NCBI GenBank assembly: GCA_963664835.2
Contig: CAXXUG010000010.1
Coordinates: 5,411 to 69,410, forward strand
From: Chloroflexota bacterium
Lineage (GTDB): Bacteria > Chloroflexota > UBA6077 > FW602-bin22 > JBCLEL01
Direction of reading: 5' to 3'
Length of the DNA: 64,000 bases
Shown: one piece after another, positions 1-9,406 of the stretch
Layout of the letters: each line of letters opens with the position of its first letter
Numbering within the stretch: the first letter of the stretch is position 1
Translations under genes and position numbers: made by a program
The notes under the pieces: generated by a model
What the model was told of the DNA's origin: nothing
Seen by the model: the letters and a program-made list of their open reading frames with translations, nothing else
Databases searched by the model: none

Positions 1-1423
1 CAATCGGAGCTTGCCAGAGCGACCAGGAATAAGGGCCGACTGCCGGTTTCACTTGTGCGGACATCCACGTTGCGCCCTCGTCGGTGCTGATCTCCACGCC
101 GCTGATCCCACGATCGCCGGCGAAGGCGATGCCGGCCGCCACTTGACTGCCGGATTCGAGCATTGCGTCGGCGGTTGGGCCGTCTACCCGGGACATCGTC
201 TTGACCGGAGCGGGGTCGCTCCAACCCTGTTTCTGCCAATACCCCAAGAAGTCTTCGTCAACGAGCTCGATCTTGGTGATCCACTTGACGTTCTTCATCC
301 CGTATATGCCGGGCACAAGTAGACGAAGCGGTGATCCGTGAGTATGGTCCAAGGGGTCACCGTTCATCTCATAGGCCAACAGGTTAGCGGAACGCATTGC
401 CACGTCAAACGTAATGCTGTCGGTATATCCATCTGCGGCGTGAAAGACAACCTTCTTGATTCCAGAATGCGGCCCGGCCTGCTCTAACAAGGGCTTCAGA
501 CGGGCACCCCGCCAATGAGCGTTGCCAATCAAGTCTCCGCCGACGTCGTTGCTGATACAGCTCAACGTGTTGTACTGCTCGGCGCTCGGTAGCTGCTTGA
601 ACTCGTCAAGCGTGAAGCTGAGCGGATTATCGACGAGTCCCTCAATCGTCAGCGTCCATTCATCATTGTTCACCACCGGGTCGACGAAGTTCTTCGAAAC
701 GAAGTAGAACTCGTCGGTGGGAGTGATTTCAGGCGATAGGTAGCTGATACTGGTCCAAGGGTCATCCCCATTCGCAGTACCTGTATCGATTTGCGGTGCG
801 GGTTCAGAGGTAGTCCCGTCAGTAATGGCAGCGGACTTGGCCAAGATGGTCGACCAATAGTATCCGCCAACTGCAAGGGCGCCCCCAAAACCGACCAGAC
901 CGGTCACTAGCATTCGCCTACTGAAGGTAGGACCAAGCCCGGTTGGCGACTTGGCCGGCGCTGGTGCGGGCCTGGTCGCGAGCGCAAATACGCTGACGTA
1001 AGCGGCCGCGGCAACAGCGGCAAGGATCGCCTCGTCCGCTGTCCAGCCGGCTCTTCGAACCAACAGGTCAATCGCGAATACCAAGAATCCGGTTAGACCG
1101 AAGACCACAAGACTTCGCGTCGAAACGCCTGCTATGCCGGCGGCCTGATATATTGCGGCGAGCACGATCGAGGCTACATAAACGCCAATGATCAGGGCGA
1201 TCAACAGCAGAGGCTTGGCGGAATAGAGGAGATTGTCCAGTAGGAAGGAGAACATTGCCGGGGGCATGGCACCCGAAAGTTGTTCGGCCACACCCTCGAC
1301 AGCAGTGGTCCGAGAGAACGCCAGTAGACCGGCACCCTGGATCAAAAGAAAGACGGTGGCGGCCACCAATCCACGTTCGATTGGACCGATTCTGTCCGAG
1401 CTAAGATTTTCTCTTACAGACAT
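1..1423 (-). CDS. Molybdopterin-dependent oxidoreductase (sulfite oxidase/YedY-fold catalytic domain) with a hydrophobic multi-TM N-terminal region. The C-terminus runs off the window.
   Basis: My own minus-strand translation from ATG at 1423 gives MSVRENLSSDRIGP..., about 200 aa of hydrophobic segments, then FTLDEFKQLPSAEQYNTLSCISNDVGGDLIGNAHWRGARL...GSPLRLLVPGIYGMKNVKWITKIELVDEDFLGYWQKQGW. It is absent from the ORF track because there is no stop codon inside the window. Confidence 0.8.
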   Translation of the reverse strand, partial: MSVRENLSSDRIGPIERGLVAATVFLLIQGAGLLAFSRTTAVEGVAEQLSGAMPPAMFSFLLDNLLYSAKPLLLIALIIGVYVASIVLAAIYQAAGIAGVSTRSLVVFGLTGFLVFAIDLLVRRAGWTADEAILAAVAAAAYVSVFALATRPAPAPAKSPTGLGPTFSRRMLVTGLVGFGGALAVGGYYWSTILAKSAAITDGTTSEPAPQIDTGTANGDDPWTSISYLSPEITPTDEFYFVSKNFVDPVVNNDEWTLTIEGLVDNPLSFTLDEFKQLPSAEQYNTLSCISNDVGGDLIGNAHWRGARLKPLLEQAGPHSGIKKVVFHAADGYTDSITFDVAMRSANLLAYEMNGDPLDHTHGSPLRLLVPGIYGMKNVKWITKIELVDEDFLGYWQKQGWSDPAPVKTMSRVDGPTADAMLESGSQVAAGIAFAGDRGISGVEISTDEGATWMSAQVKPAVGPYSWSLWQAPI

Positions 1424-1468
1424 GAGTAGTGCTCCATTGAGTTAGCCTGGGTTAGTCGCTCGAAGTTT

Positions 1469-1777
1469 TTACCATATTCCAAGCACGTCTTTGGCGTAAT
1501 CACTCGCCATCGTCTGTGGGTCCCAGGGAGGGTTCCACACAATCTTCGTCTGGCAAGATGTGACATCGCCAAGTGACTCGACCGCCGTTCTAACTCCTTC
1601 CTCAAGAGCCGGTCCAACGGGACAGAAGGGACTGGTAAGAGTCATTTCAACTTCCACCTTGCCATCTTCTTGAACGCTAGCCGAGTAGACAAGACCCAAG
1701 TCGACGATGCTGAGACCTATTTCAGGATCCTCAACCGGCCGGATGGCTTCGAAAACTTCTTCAGTGCTGGGCATCAT
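1469..1777 (-). CDS. DUF59/SufT-type Fe-S cluster assembly protein
   Basis: 102 aa. EEVFEAIRPVEDPEIGLSIVDLGLVY...MTLTSPFCPVGP matches the MIP18/PaaD-like DUF59 pattern. Confidence 0.85.
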   Translation of the reverse strand: MMPSTEEVFEAIRPVEDPEIGLSIVDLGLVYSASVQEDGKVEVEMTLTSPFCPVGPALEEGVRTAVESLGDVTSCQTKIVWNPPWDPQTMASDYAKDVLGIW

Positions 1778-2059
1778 TTTTTCTCCCAGTGAGGCGACTC
1801 AATCCGTTGTGTTAACGATTCTGTTATATCTACGCTACCACTGTGTTCGACCAAGCGCCAGATTTCCTACCCTCTGAAGGGCGGTTCGATTCCGCCCCAG
1901 GCGAACGTGGTGCAACGTCGCCAGTGTCTCGAACCAAGCGGCGCCGTGCCAAGCCTACCGATCATGTATTTTACGAGGAATGGGGACGCAGCCAAAGGGC
2001 CCCGAACCCAGGGGTTTCTTGTTCTCTAACACCTGTTATCACTCAAGGGTTGGTGGTGG

Positions 2060-2185
2060 TCTTGGTTTTCCCCACGCCCCTGGATTCCGGCCTTCGCCGG
2101 ATTGATGATTGGAAGTGCCGGAGTGACGAATGGCAGGGCCGGAAAAACGAGTGCGGGAACGGTAGTATGCGGGTACTCTCTCGAG
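2060..2185 (+). repeat. Intergenic GC-rich repeat, copy R1 (3' module only)
   Basis: ttccccacgcccctggattccggccttcgccgg...gaatggcagggccggaaaaacgagtgcgggaacggtagtatgcgggtactctc aligns with 48225-48365 and 27085-27182. Confidence 0.7.
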
Positions 2186-2407
2186 GACGGCCTCACCTCT
2201 GACGCCGGCGCATGTAGGTTGCCAGGCAGTCGCCATTTGTCATCTACACAACGACGAATGGTCCGGTTGAACAAATGAGACGGTGTTTTATTGCGCCTCC
2301 TTTAGGTCGGGTAGAATCATGGCGACGGACTGCGCCGGGATGTTTCCGGCGACATGTGCGCGCGTCGGGGCCGGGCCTCGCCCGGTTTGGAATTGCAGGT
2401 GGCTGAA

Positions 2408-3193
2408 TTGTTGTTGGCAGTTGAGATCAGCAATACGACAATCACGATTGGAGCCTACCGGGGCGGCGCTTTGATCTCGGACTGGCGGTTGGCGACGGAC
2501 GCCCGACGGCTCACTGATGAGTACGCCGCGCTACTACAGACCCTGTTCGATCAGCGGGGCCTGGATTCGCGGCAGATTGATTCCGTCGCGCTCTCGTGTG
2601 TAGTTCCGACTTTGACGACACGGTTCGTTGAGTTGTCACGCCGCTGGATTGGGTGTGAGCCGGTCGTCTTGGGTCCTGGAGTGCGTACAGGTGTGAGGAT
2701 TCTAATCGACGACCCGCGAGAGGTTGGAGCGGACCGGGTCGCCAACGCGGTGGGGGCCCACTACAAGTACCAGGGTCCGGTGATTGTAATAGACTTTGGG
2801 ACGGCAACCAGCTTCGATGCAGTATCAGCGGACGGCGACTACCTGGGCGGCGCAATCGCGCCCGGTCTGGCAGTGTCGGCAACGGCGTTAGCGGAGCAGG
2901 CCGCGCGACTATACGACGTCGAGCTGAGCCGGCCCAAGACGGCGATTGGAAAGAACACCATATCCAGCATGCAGTCGGGCATACTATTTGGCTACGTTGG
3001 GTTGACCGAGGGACTCATCGCTCGATTCCTCGACGAGATGGGCCCTGCCAAAGTGGTCGCGACAGGGGGATTGGCCCAGTTGATTGCGGCTGAGACCGAC
3101 ATGATCGAGGAGGTGGACCCGTTCCTGACATTGGAGGGACTCCGCCTGATACACGATATGAACGCCGGCGCCCAGAAGGCGGAAAGCCCATGA
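2408..3193 (+). CDS. coaX: Type III pantothenate kinase
   Basis: LLAVEISNTTITIG...VIVIDFGTATSFD...GGAIAPG...KVVATGG. I placed the start at TTG 2408, after an AGGTGG Shine-Dalgarno sequence. The ORF track's ATG at 2354 adds an Arg-rich extension that looks unlikely. Confidence 0.9.
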   Translation: MLLAVEISNTTITIGAYRGGALISDWRLATDARRLTDEYAALLQTLFDQRGLDSRQIDSVALSCVVPTLTTRFVELSRRWIGCEPVVLGPGVRTGVRILIDDPREVGADRVANAVGAHYKYQGPVIVIDFGTATSFDAVSADGDYLGGAIAPGLAVSATALAEQAARLYDVELSRPKTAIGKNTISSMQSGILFGYVGLTEGLIARFLDEMGPAKVVATGGLAQLIAAETDMIEEVDPFLTLEGLRLIHDMNAGAQKAESP

Positions 3194-4395
3194 CAACTGG
3201 GTCCCTGGCGGGCAGGCGGATCGTGCTGGGCGTCACCGGCAGTATCGCCGCCTTCAAGGCGGTGGGACTGGCGGGCGAGCTAGTAAAGGGCGGCGCCAAG
3301 GTGGATGTCGTGATGACGACCGCCGCAACCAAGTTCGTGGCGCCGTTGAGCTTTCAAGCGATCACCCACAGACCAGTTGTCACGGACCTGTTCCGTTCGG
3401 ACGCGGAGTTGGAAATCAGCCACGTGAGTCTCGGTCAAGGAGCGGATCTGATGATCGTCGCGCCGGCTAGCGCGGACGCGATCGCGCGAATGGCGTTGGG
3501 ACTGGCCGATGATCCATTGAGCACCACCTATTTGGCGACGCAAGCGCCGGTATTAGTGGCGCCGGCGATGGAAACCACGATGTTCGAGAGTCCAGCCACC
3601 CAAGCGAATCTGCGAACGCTCATCGAACGTGGGGTGAGGATAGTGGGGCCGGCGAAGGGGCGGCTTGCGTCCGGCAGTGAAGGACTTGGTCGAATGGTCG
3701 AGCCGGCGGAGATTGTAGAGGCGGCCAAGTCCATGCTCAGCCGGGGACAAGATCTGGCCGGCCGGCGCATCGTCGTCACGGCCGGAGGAACGCGGGAACC
3801 GATCGATCCTGTCCGATACCTGGGAAACCGATCCTCGGGCCGCATGGGGCACGCAATCGCGGAAGCGGCAGGGAGCCGCGGCGCAGAGGTATCGCTCATC
3901 ACCTCCGCAATCCAAACGGCGCCCTCTGTCAGAAAGACGGTATCTGTAGATACGGCCCTAGAAATGAAAGCGGCTGTGGAAGCGGAAGCTGTGCACGCAG
4001 ACGCACTGATCATGGCGGCGGCAGTGGCCGATTTTCGTCCATCACGCCCTTCAGGCCAAAAGATCAAGAAGCGAGGCCGCTCACTCAGCATAGACTTGGA
4101 AGAGAATCCGGACATAGTGGCCGGCCTAAAACGCGACGGCTTGGTAAAGTTCGGATTCGCGGCGGAGACCGAGAATCTGATCGAGAACGCGCGCGCCAAG
4201 ATCGACGCAAAGGGCCTTGACGCGATTGTAGCGAATGACGTGACCTCACCGGACAGCGGCTTCGGATCTGAGACCAATCGAATCACCTTCATCGAAAGAA
4301 CCGGCCGGATGCGGGAGTACCCATTGATGTCTAAGATTGAGGTGGCAGAAGTCATATTGGACCATCTTGTTGAAACTCTGTCGGTGAGAGAATAG
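3190..4395 (+). CDS. coaBC: Bifunctional phosphopantothenoylcysteine decarboxylase / phosphopantothenate-cysteine ligase
   Basis: RIVLGVTGSIAAFK flavoprotein N-domain and a C-terminal CoaB domain (VTAGGTREPIDPVRYLGNRSSGRMG). ATGA overlap with coaX. Confidence 0.95.
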   Translation: MTTGSLAGRRIVLGVTGSIAAFKAVGLAGELVKGGAKVDVVMTTAATKFVAPLSFQAITHRPVVTDLFRSDAELEISHVSLGQGADLMIVAPASADAIARMALGLADDPLSTTYLATQAPVLVAPAMETTMFESPATQANLRTLIERGVRIVGPAKGRLASGSEGLGRMVEPAEIVEAAKSMLSRGQDLAGRRIVVTAGGTREPIDPVRYLGNRSSGRMGHAIAEAAGSRGAEVSLITSAIQTAPSVRKTVSVDTALEMKAAVEAEAVHADALIMAAAVADFRPSRPSGQKIKKRGRSLSIDLEENPDIVAGLKRDGLVKFGFAAETENLIENARAKIDAKGLDAIVANDVTSPDSGFGSETNRITFIERTGRMREYPLMSKIEVAEVILDHLVETLSVRE

Positions 4396-4632
4396 AATCT
4401 CGGCCTGTTGAGATGTAGGTTGGCACGGATTAGCATAGTCGGCGGCTAATACCATCAGGGTCCGGCCGCAAGCTCAACGAAGACCAAAACCGAATAACCT
4501 GCGCCAGTTAAGCAAGAAATCCCGCTTGGACTCCCCGGTGGAGCCGAGACGGCGTACACCTCATCTGGCATCCGCCATTGACAACGCCGTCCGGCATCGC
4601 CAAGAGCCGGGCGGCGTTCGTGGTTTTCAGAG
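4396..4632 (+). promoter_or_regulatory. Candidate structured 5' leader of the S58-DUF2520-panB-panC operon, possibly a pan-motif-type cis-regulatory RNA
   Basis: 237 nt with no ORF. A long-range pairing is possible between tctcggc (4398-4404) and gccgaga (4543-4549), with a nested gttgag/ctcaac helix, and a terminator hairpin ends 4 nt before the operon RBS. Confidence 0.3.
4583..4628 (+). terminator. Putative intrinsic terminator or attenuator hairpin
   Basis: aacgccgtccggc (4583-4595) pairs with gccgggcggcgtt (4606-4618) as a 13-bp stem with one G-U. The loop is 10 nt and is followed by cgtggtttt. Confidence 0.4.
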
Positions 4633-5613
4633 GTGGAGATGAGTAGGGATCAGCAGGCTAGGGTGCCAGGTCTGAAGATCGGCCATTACACGGATTCGGC
4701 CGGCGGGACCGGATGTACCGTCTCCCTTTGCCCAAGTGGCGCGGTATGCGGCGTTGACGTGCGTGGTTCCGCTCCGGGAACTCGTGAGACAGATGCCCTA
4801 TCCACTACCGCCCTGGTGGAAGCGGTGCACGGCGTCTTACTGACTGGCGGCAGCGCGTTCGGCCTCGCCACGGCTGACGGTGTTATGGAATATCTCTCTG
4901 AGCAGGGTATTGGTTACCAAACCCAAGTTCGCCCGGTCCCTGTCGTACCGGCAGCGGTAATCTTTGACCTCGCGGTAGGAGACAGCTCATCCAGACCCGG
5001 AAGGGAGGCTGGGCGTTCAGCATGCGAGGTTGCGCGCGAGCGCGCGCCGGCCGAGGGATCGGTCGGCGCCGGCGCTGGGGCGACGGTTGCAAAGCGATTG
5101 GGAAGTAGCCGGATGATCAAATCAGGCATTGGCTACGCCGCCGAGCAGCTGTCAAACGGTCGTGTTTTGGCGGCCCTGGTTGTCGTGAATGCCGCCGGCG
5201 ACGTGTACGACTACCGAAGCGGCGAACTGATCGCCGGGCCACGCGGAGGCCGGCCTGGCAACGATCAGACGACCCTGTTTGCCGACGATGGTCCGCTATC
5301 GACCAACACTACGATAGGCATCGTAGCTACGGATGTGCCGTTGCTCCGTTGGCAGGCTCAGAAGCTCGCACAATGCGCGCAGGACGGAGTGGCGCTCTCG
5401 ATTCGGCCGGCACACACGATGTTCGATGGCGATACGTTTTTCGCCCTGTCCACAAACCCTGCCAATGAGTCAGTTGTCTCCCCTCAATTCCTAAGTGAGC
5501 TCGGCTGGAAAGCTACCAAGCTAGTCTGCAGGGCGATCGAACGAGGCGTCCGGCTCGCTTCGGGCTCTCACGGCGTGCCGGCGGTGTCCGAAATCGGGAC
5601 GAGAGAACAATGA
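4633..5613 (+). CDS. Peptidase family S58 (DmpA/BapA-type, P1 family aminopeptidase)
   Basis: GHYTDSAGGTGCTV, VDVRGSAPGTRETD, LTGGSAFGL, NTTIGIVATD and HTMFDGDTFFALST are hallmarks of DmpA-like Ntn hydrolases. Confidence 0.85.
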   Translation: MEMSRDQQARVPGLKIGHYTDSAGGTGCTVSLCPSGAVCGVDVRGSAPGTRETDALSTTALVEAVHGVLLTGGSAFGLATADGVMEYLSEQGIGYQTQVRPVPVVPAAVIFDLAVGDSSSRPGREAGRSACEVARERAPAEGSVGAGAGATVAKRLGSSRMIKSGIGYAAEQLSNGRVLAALVVVNAAGDVYDYRSGELIAGPRGGRPGNDQTTLFADDGPLSTNTTIGIVATDVPLLRWQAQKLAQCAQDGVALSIRPAHTMFDGDTFFALSTNPANESVVSPQFLSELGWKATKLVCRAIERGVRLASGSHGVPAVSEIGTREQ

Positions 5614-6536
5614 GAAAGAAGTCGCTGATGGAAAGCGAATCGATCTGCGTAGTCGGCAATGGGCGCCTGGGAACAACGCTGGCCGGCGGGTTGGTTCGGG
5701 CAGGCTTTCGATCAGTGACATTGGCCGCAAGGAGATTTCCCGACGAAGACCGGGCACACAGTGCCGGCCTGGGAATAGGGATATCCCACCTGGCAGAGAC
5801 CGAACTGAAGGCGTTTCGGGCGGTTTTCATCGTTCTGCCGGACAGCGTCGTGCCCGGTTTTGCGGCGGCGCAAGAGTGGACGGCCGGCCAACTTGTCCTG
5901 CATTGCAGCGGGGGGCTCGACCGCAGCGTGCTGGGTGCCGCGGAGGAGATTGGCGCGACGACGGCGTCCTTACATCCAATTCAGACGTTTTCTGGGCGTT
6001 GGCTGCCGGCTGACCTTCTCGCCGGTATTACGTTTGGCGTCGAGGCCACGGGTAAGGCACGCGAGTACATTGCAAAAATGGTTGAGCGATTGGGCGGCCG
6101 CCCGATTGACGTACCGAGCGGGCTAAAGCCGGCATACCACCTGGCGGCAGTGTTCTCGTCCAACTACCTGGTCACTTTGATGTCAGCGGCGTTTGCGCTT
6201 TGGGACCGAATCGAGCCGGAACAACCCGACCGCGCGGTGTCGGCACTGCTTCCGATTGTCCGGCAGACACTAGAGAACGTCTCTGACCAAGGTGTCACCC
6301 AGGCGCTGACCGGGCCGATTAGCCGAGGCGACGTCGCAACGGTCGAGGCGCATATTCGTGAACTCAAATCTTACGATGAGAAGCTCACCGAACTCTACCA
6401 GTGTCTTGGTCTCTATACGGTGGAGCAAATGGTGGCAAATGGCCGCATGGAACGGAGAGAGGCTGAGCCGGTTCGCGCATCGTTGATGGGCCATGGCCGG
6501 CGGAGTCACGTACCCAGCAAGGGAGGCACGGAATGA
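5610..6536 (+). CDS. Rossmann-fold plus DUF2520 oxidoreductase (candidate PanG-type ketopantoate reductase)
   Basis: ICVVGNGRLGTTLAGGL NAD(P)-binding N-terminus and C-terminal TGPISRGDVATVEAHI, typical of DUF2520 proteins. ATGA overlaps with both neighbours. Confidence 0.7.
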   Translation: MRKKSLMESESICVVGNGRLGTTLAGGLVRAGFRSVTLAARRFPDEDRAHSAGLGIGISHLAETELKAFRAVFIVLPDSVVPGFAAAQEWTAGQLVLHCSGGLDRSVLGAAEEIGATTASLHPIQTFSGRWLPADLLAGITFGVEATGKAREYIAKMVERLGGRPIDVPSGLKPAYHLAAVFSSNYLVTLMSAAFALWDRIEPEQPDRAVSALLPIVRQTLENVSDQGVTQALTGPISRGDVATVEAHIRELKSYDEKLTELYQCLGLYTVEQMVANGRMERREAEPVRASLMGHGRRSHVPSKGGTE

Positions 6537-7402
6537 GGACCAGCACGGTCAATATTCGAAACATGAAGCGGCGCCGGGATCCCATCGTAGCGATTACGGC
6601 TTACGACTATACGTTCGCGCAACTGGCGGACCGCGCCGGGGCCCATATGTTGCTGGTTGGCGACAGTCTTGGAATGGTGGTCCAGGGCCACGATACGACT
6701 CTGCCGGTGACACTCGACGAGATGATCTATCACAGCGGAATTGTTGCGCGTGCGGCGCAGAACCCAATGGTCGTAGCGGATTTGCCGTTCATGTCGTTCC
6801 AAGTGTCTTCGGATCAAGCGGTGTCGAGCGCGGGCAGGGTGATGAAGGAGGCGTTAGTAGATGCGGTCAAGCTCGAAGGAGGGGAGCAAATCGCACCGAC
6901 GGTCCGACGCCTGACCGCGGCCGGCATTCCGGTCGTGGGTCACATTGGATTGACGCCGCAATCGGTCCATCAACTCGGCGGCTACAAGGTGCAAGGGAAA
7001 ACTATGGAGGCAGCGCGTCGACTCATCGCCGACGCAGAGGCACTCGACGAGGCCGGCGCATTCGCGATCGTGCTGGAAACGATTCCGGCTCAGTTGGCTA
7101 GAGCTATAACTGAGCGCGTGGCAGCCGCCACGATAGGAATTGGCGCCGGTGTAGATTGCGATGGACAGATTCAGGTACTACACGACGTGCTGGGACTCGT
7201 GTCAGATTTGAACCCGCGCCACGCGAAGAAGTACGTTGACCTCGCACAGATCGTCGGGAGTGCGTTGGGGAGCTACTGTAGCGAAGTGAGCGAACGCAAG
7301 TTTCCTGGCCCAGAGCACGCCGCGCCGCTGAAAGCAGAGGTAGAGGAGGCACTGGCGGAGGAATTCGGCTCCGGCGCAGCCCTCGGAGCCAGCCACGAAT
7401 GA
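6533..7402 (+). CDS. panB: 3-methyl-2-oxobutanoate hydroxymethyltransferase
   Basis: IVAITAYDYTFAQLADRAGAHMLLVGDSLGMVVQGHDTTLPVTLDEMIYH...VKLEGG. Confidence 0.95.
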   Translation: MRTSTVNIRNMKRRRDPIVAITAYDYTFAQLADRAGAHMLLVGDSLGMVVQGHDTTLPVTLDEMIYHSGIVARAAQNPMVVADLPFMSFQVSSDQAVSSAGRVMKEALVDAVKLEGGEQIAPTVRRLTAAGIPVVGHIGLTPQSVHQLGGYKVQGKTMEAARRLIADAEALDEAGAFAIVLETIPAQLARAITERVAAATIGIGAGVDCDGQIQVLHDVLGLVSDLNPRHAKKYVDLAQIVGSALGSYCSEVSERKFPGPEHAAPLKAEVEEALAEEFGSGAALGASHE

Positions 7403-8235
7403 GAGTTGTGCGCACTCTAGACGATCTCAGGGGCGCACGGGCTGAGTTGGCCAAGCCGGTGGGTCTGGTACCGACGATGGGATTCTTGCACGAGGGTCAC
7501 CTTAGTCTGATCCGGGCATCCAGGCAAGAATGCGCTTCGGTGATAGTGTCGATTTTCGTGAACCCGACTCAGTTCGGTCCGAGTGAAGACCTCGGGCGCT
7601 ATCCGCGGGATCTAGAACGAGACTTGGACGCAATCCGTCCGTATACGGACATCGTGTTCGCGCCAAGCGTCGAGTCGATATACCCCACCGGTTTCGATAG
7701 TCACATCGACGTTGGCAGTGTGTCCCAGCCGCTGGAAGGTGAGGCCCGCCCGGGACACTTTCAGGGAGTCGCGACGGTAGTGGCCAAGTTGTTCAATTTG
7801 GCACAGCCGGACTGCGCGTATTTTGGACAGAAGGATGCTCAGCAAGCTGCTGTAATCAACCAGATGATCGAGGACCTGAACTTTCCGGTCGAATTGAGGG
7901 TATTGCCCACCGTCAGGGAGGGGAACGGACTCGCGCTCAGCAGCCGCAATGTGTATCTGAGTCGCGAAGAGCGAGCGGCTGCAAGAGTTCTTCCGACCGC
8001 GCTGTTCGCAATTCGCGATAAATGGCGGGCCGGCGAGAACGACTGCGGCCGGCTGGTGGAGGTGGGGCGAGAGATGATCGCCCAAGAGCCGACGATCAAG
8101 TTGGAGTACCTGAGTATCGCCGATACCAGATCCCTGCAGGAATTGCCCCAGATCCAAGGATCGGCGTTGGTGTTGCTGGCTGCGCGCGTAGGTCGAGCCC
8201 GGCTGATCGACAATATTCTGCTGGGACGTGAGTGA
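7399..8235 (+). CDS. panC: Pantoate-beta-alanine ligase
   Basis: VGLVPTMGFLHEGHLSLI...NPTQFGP...YFGQKDAQQ. Confidence 0.95.
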   Translation: MRVVRTLDDLRGARAELAKPVGLVPTMGFLHEGHLSLIRASRQECASVIVSIFVNPTQFGPSEDLGRYPRDLERDLDAIRPYTDIVFAPSVESIYPTGFDSHIDVGSVSQPLEGEARPGHFQGVATVVAKLFNLAQPDCAYFGQKDAQQAAVINQMIEDLNFPVELRVLPTVREGNGLALSSRNVYLSREERAAARVLPTALFAIRDKWRAGENDCGRLVEVGREMIAQEPTIKLEYLSIADTRSLQELPQIQGSALVLLAARVGRARLIDNILLGRE

Positions 8236-8346
8236 GCCGGTCTGTGGTAAGTAGGCTGGCCAGGTTGCGGCGTCGGTGGCCAAAGCCGGGGCTTGAGCCG
8301 AACTTGAGGGTTCGAGAAGTAGCTTGAGCGTGTCTAGCGGTCGAGC

Positions 8347-9330
8347 TTAGCGGGCCGGCTTCTGGATGGATTCGACGTACGCTTGCAGCGACGCTGAGTC
8401 GCTCACGTTGTAAGTGTCAACTGTCCGGTCTATCCGTCGCACCAGCGGGCTGAGCACACGGCCGGGACCTACCTCTACGACTGTGTTTACGCCTTCATCG
8501 ACCATGTGGTTGATGCTGCGGCTCCACTGCACTGACTCGGTGATTTGCCGGCAAAGCTCGGAGCGAATCTCGTCAGCGGTTGTGATTGCCTGGGCAGAAA
8601 TGTTCGAAATGATAGGCACGTAGGCATCGGCCAGCCGCATGCGCAAGACTATGTCCTGAAACTGCTCGGCGGCGGTGTGCATGACTGGAGAGTGAGCAGC
8701 TATGCTCACTGCGAGCCGGACGACTTTTCGTGCTCCTTCGGTCACAGCGATTCGCATGGCCTCGGTAAGTGCGTTCAACTCACCCGAGATGACGGTCTGG
8801 CCCGGCGAGTTAAAGTTCGCGATGCGAATCATTCCGTGCTCACTGGCACGCTCTACCACGTGTTCCACCTTGTCGTCAGTAAGTCCTAGCACCGCGGCCA
8901 TCCCGCCGGGCAACTTTTCGCCCATCTCACGCATGAGGTGACCCCTCGCGCGTACAAGCCGGGAGGCAGTCGAGAGGTCGAACACATTGGCTGCAAGAAG
9001 GGCGCTATATTCGCCAAGGCTGTGTCCTGCTACAAACTTTGGCTTTAGCTGAATTCCTACCTTGTCCACCTGTTCGCGGACAGCCGCCATCAGCGCGGCA
9101 TTCACCGCCAATACGGCAGGCTGAGCGTTTACTGTATCGTTTAGCTCTGACTCAGGGCCCTCAAAGCAAAGCTTGGCGACGTCAAAACCGAGCGATTCAC
9201 TGACCTGGTGGAACACCCGTCGCGCCGCCTCGGAGAACTCGTAGATGTCGCGACCCATACCGATGTGTTGGGCGCCCTGGCCGGGGAAGATAAAGGCTGT
9301 CACCGGCTGGGACGATGTGGCGCTGGTCAT
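8347..9330 (-). CDS. fabD: Malonyl-CoA:ACP transacylase
   Basis: FIFPGQGAQHIGMG and the GHSLGEYSAL active-site motif. Confidence 0.95.
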   Translation of the reverse strand: MTSATSSQPVTAFIFPGQGAQHIGMGRDIYEFSEAARRVFHQVSESLGFDVAKLCFEGPESELNDTVNAQPAVLAVNAALMAAVREQVDKVGIQLKPKFVAGHSLGEYSALLAANVFDLSTASRLVRARGHLMREMGEKLPGGMAAVLGLTDDKVEHVVERASEHGMIRIANFNSPGQTVISGELNALTEAMRIAVTEGARKVVRLAVSIAAHSPVMHTAAEQFQDIVLRMRLADAYVPIISNISAQAITTADEIRSELCRQITESVQWSRSINHMVDEGVNTVVEVGPGRVLSPLVRRIDRTVDTYNVSDSASLQAYVESIQKPAR

Positions 9331-9406
9331 TTGCTGATTTCTCCTGTGTTAGCGAAGCTCGGGCTAATTAAACTGCTGCGACTCATCTCGGACTAACACT
9401 GAGTGC

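Noticed and set aside
1843-2274. ORFs 1843-2202(+), 2026-2274(-) and 2039-2236(-)
   Set aside because: These are translations of repeat R1 (PAKAGIQG.. / ..GRKNECGNG..). The same peptide strings recur wherever the repeat occurs, so they are not genes.
3528-4436. 302-aa minus-strand ORF
   Set aside because: It is entirely antisense to the clearly recognisable coaBC. Its Arg/Ser/Ala/Pro-rich, low-complexity composition is typical of antisense frames in high-GC DNA.
4440-4480. SRP (4.5S) RNA-like string cagggtccggccgcaagc
   Set aside because: It only superficially resembles the conserved CAGGUCCGGAAGGAAGCAGC domain IV sequence. The GGAA/AGCA symmetric-loop residues are missing.
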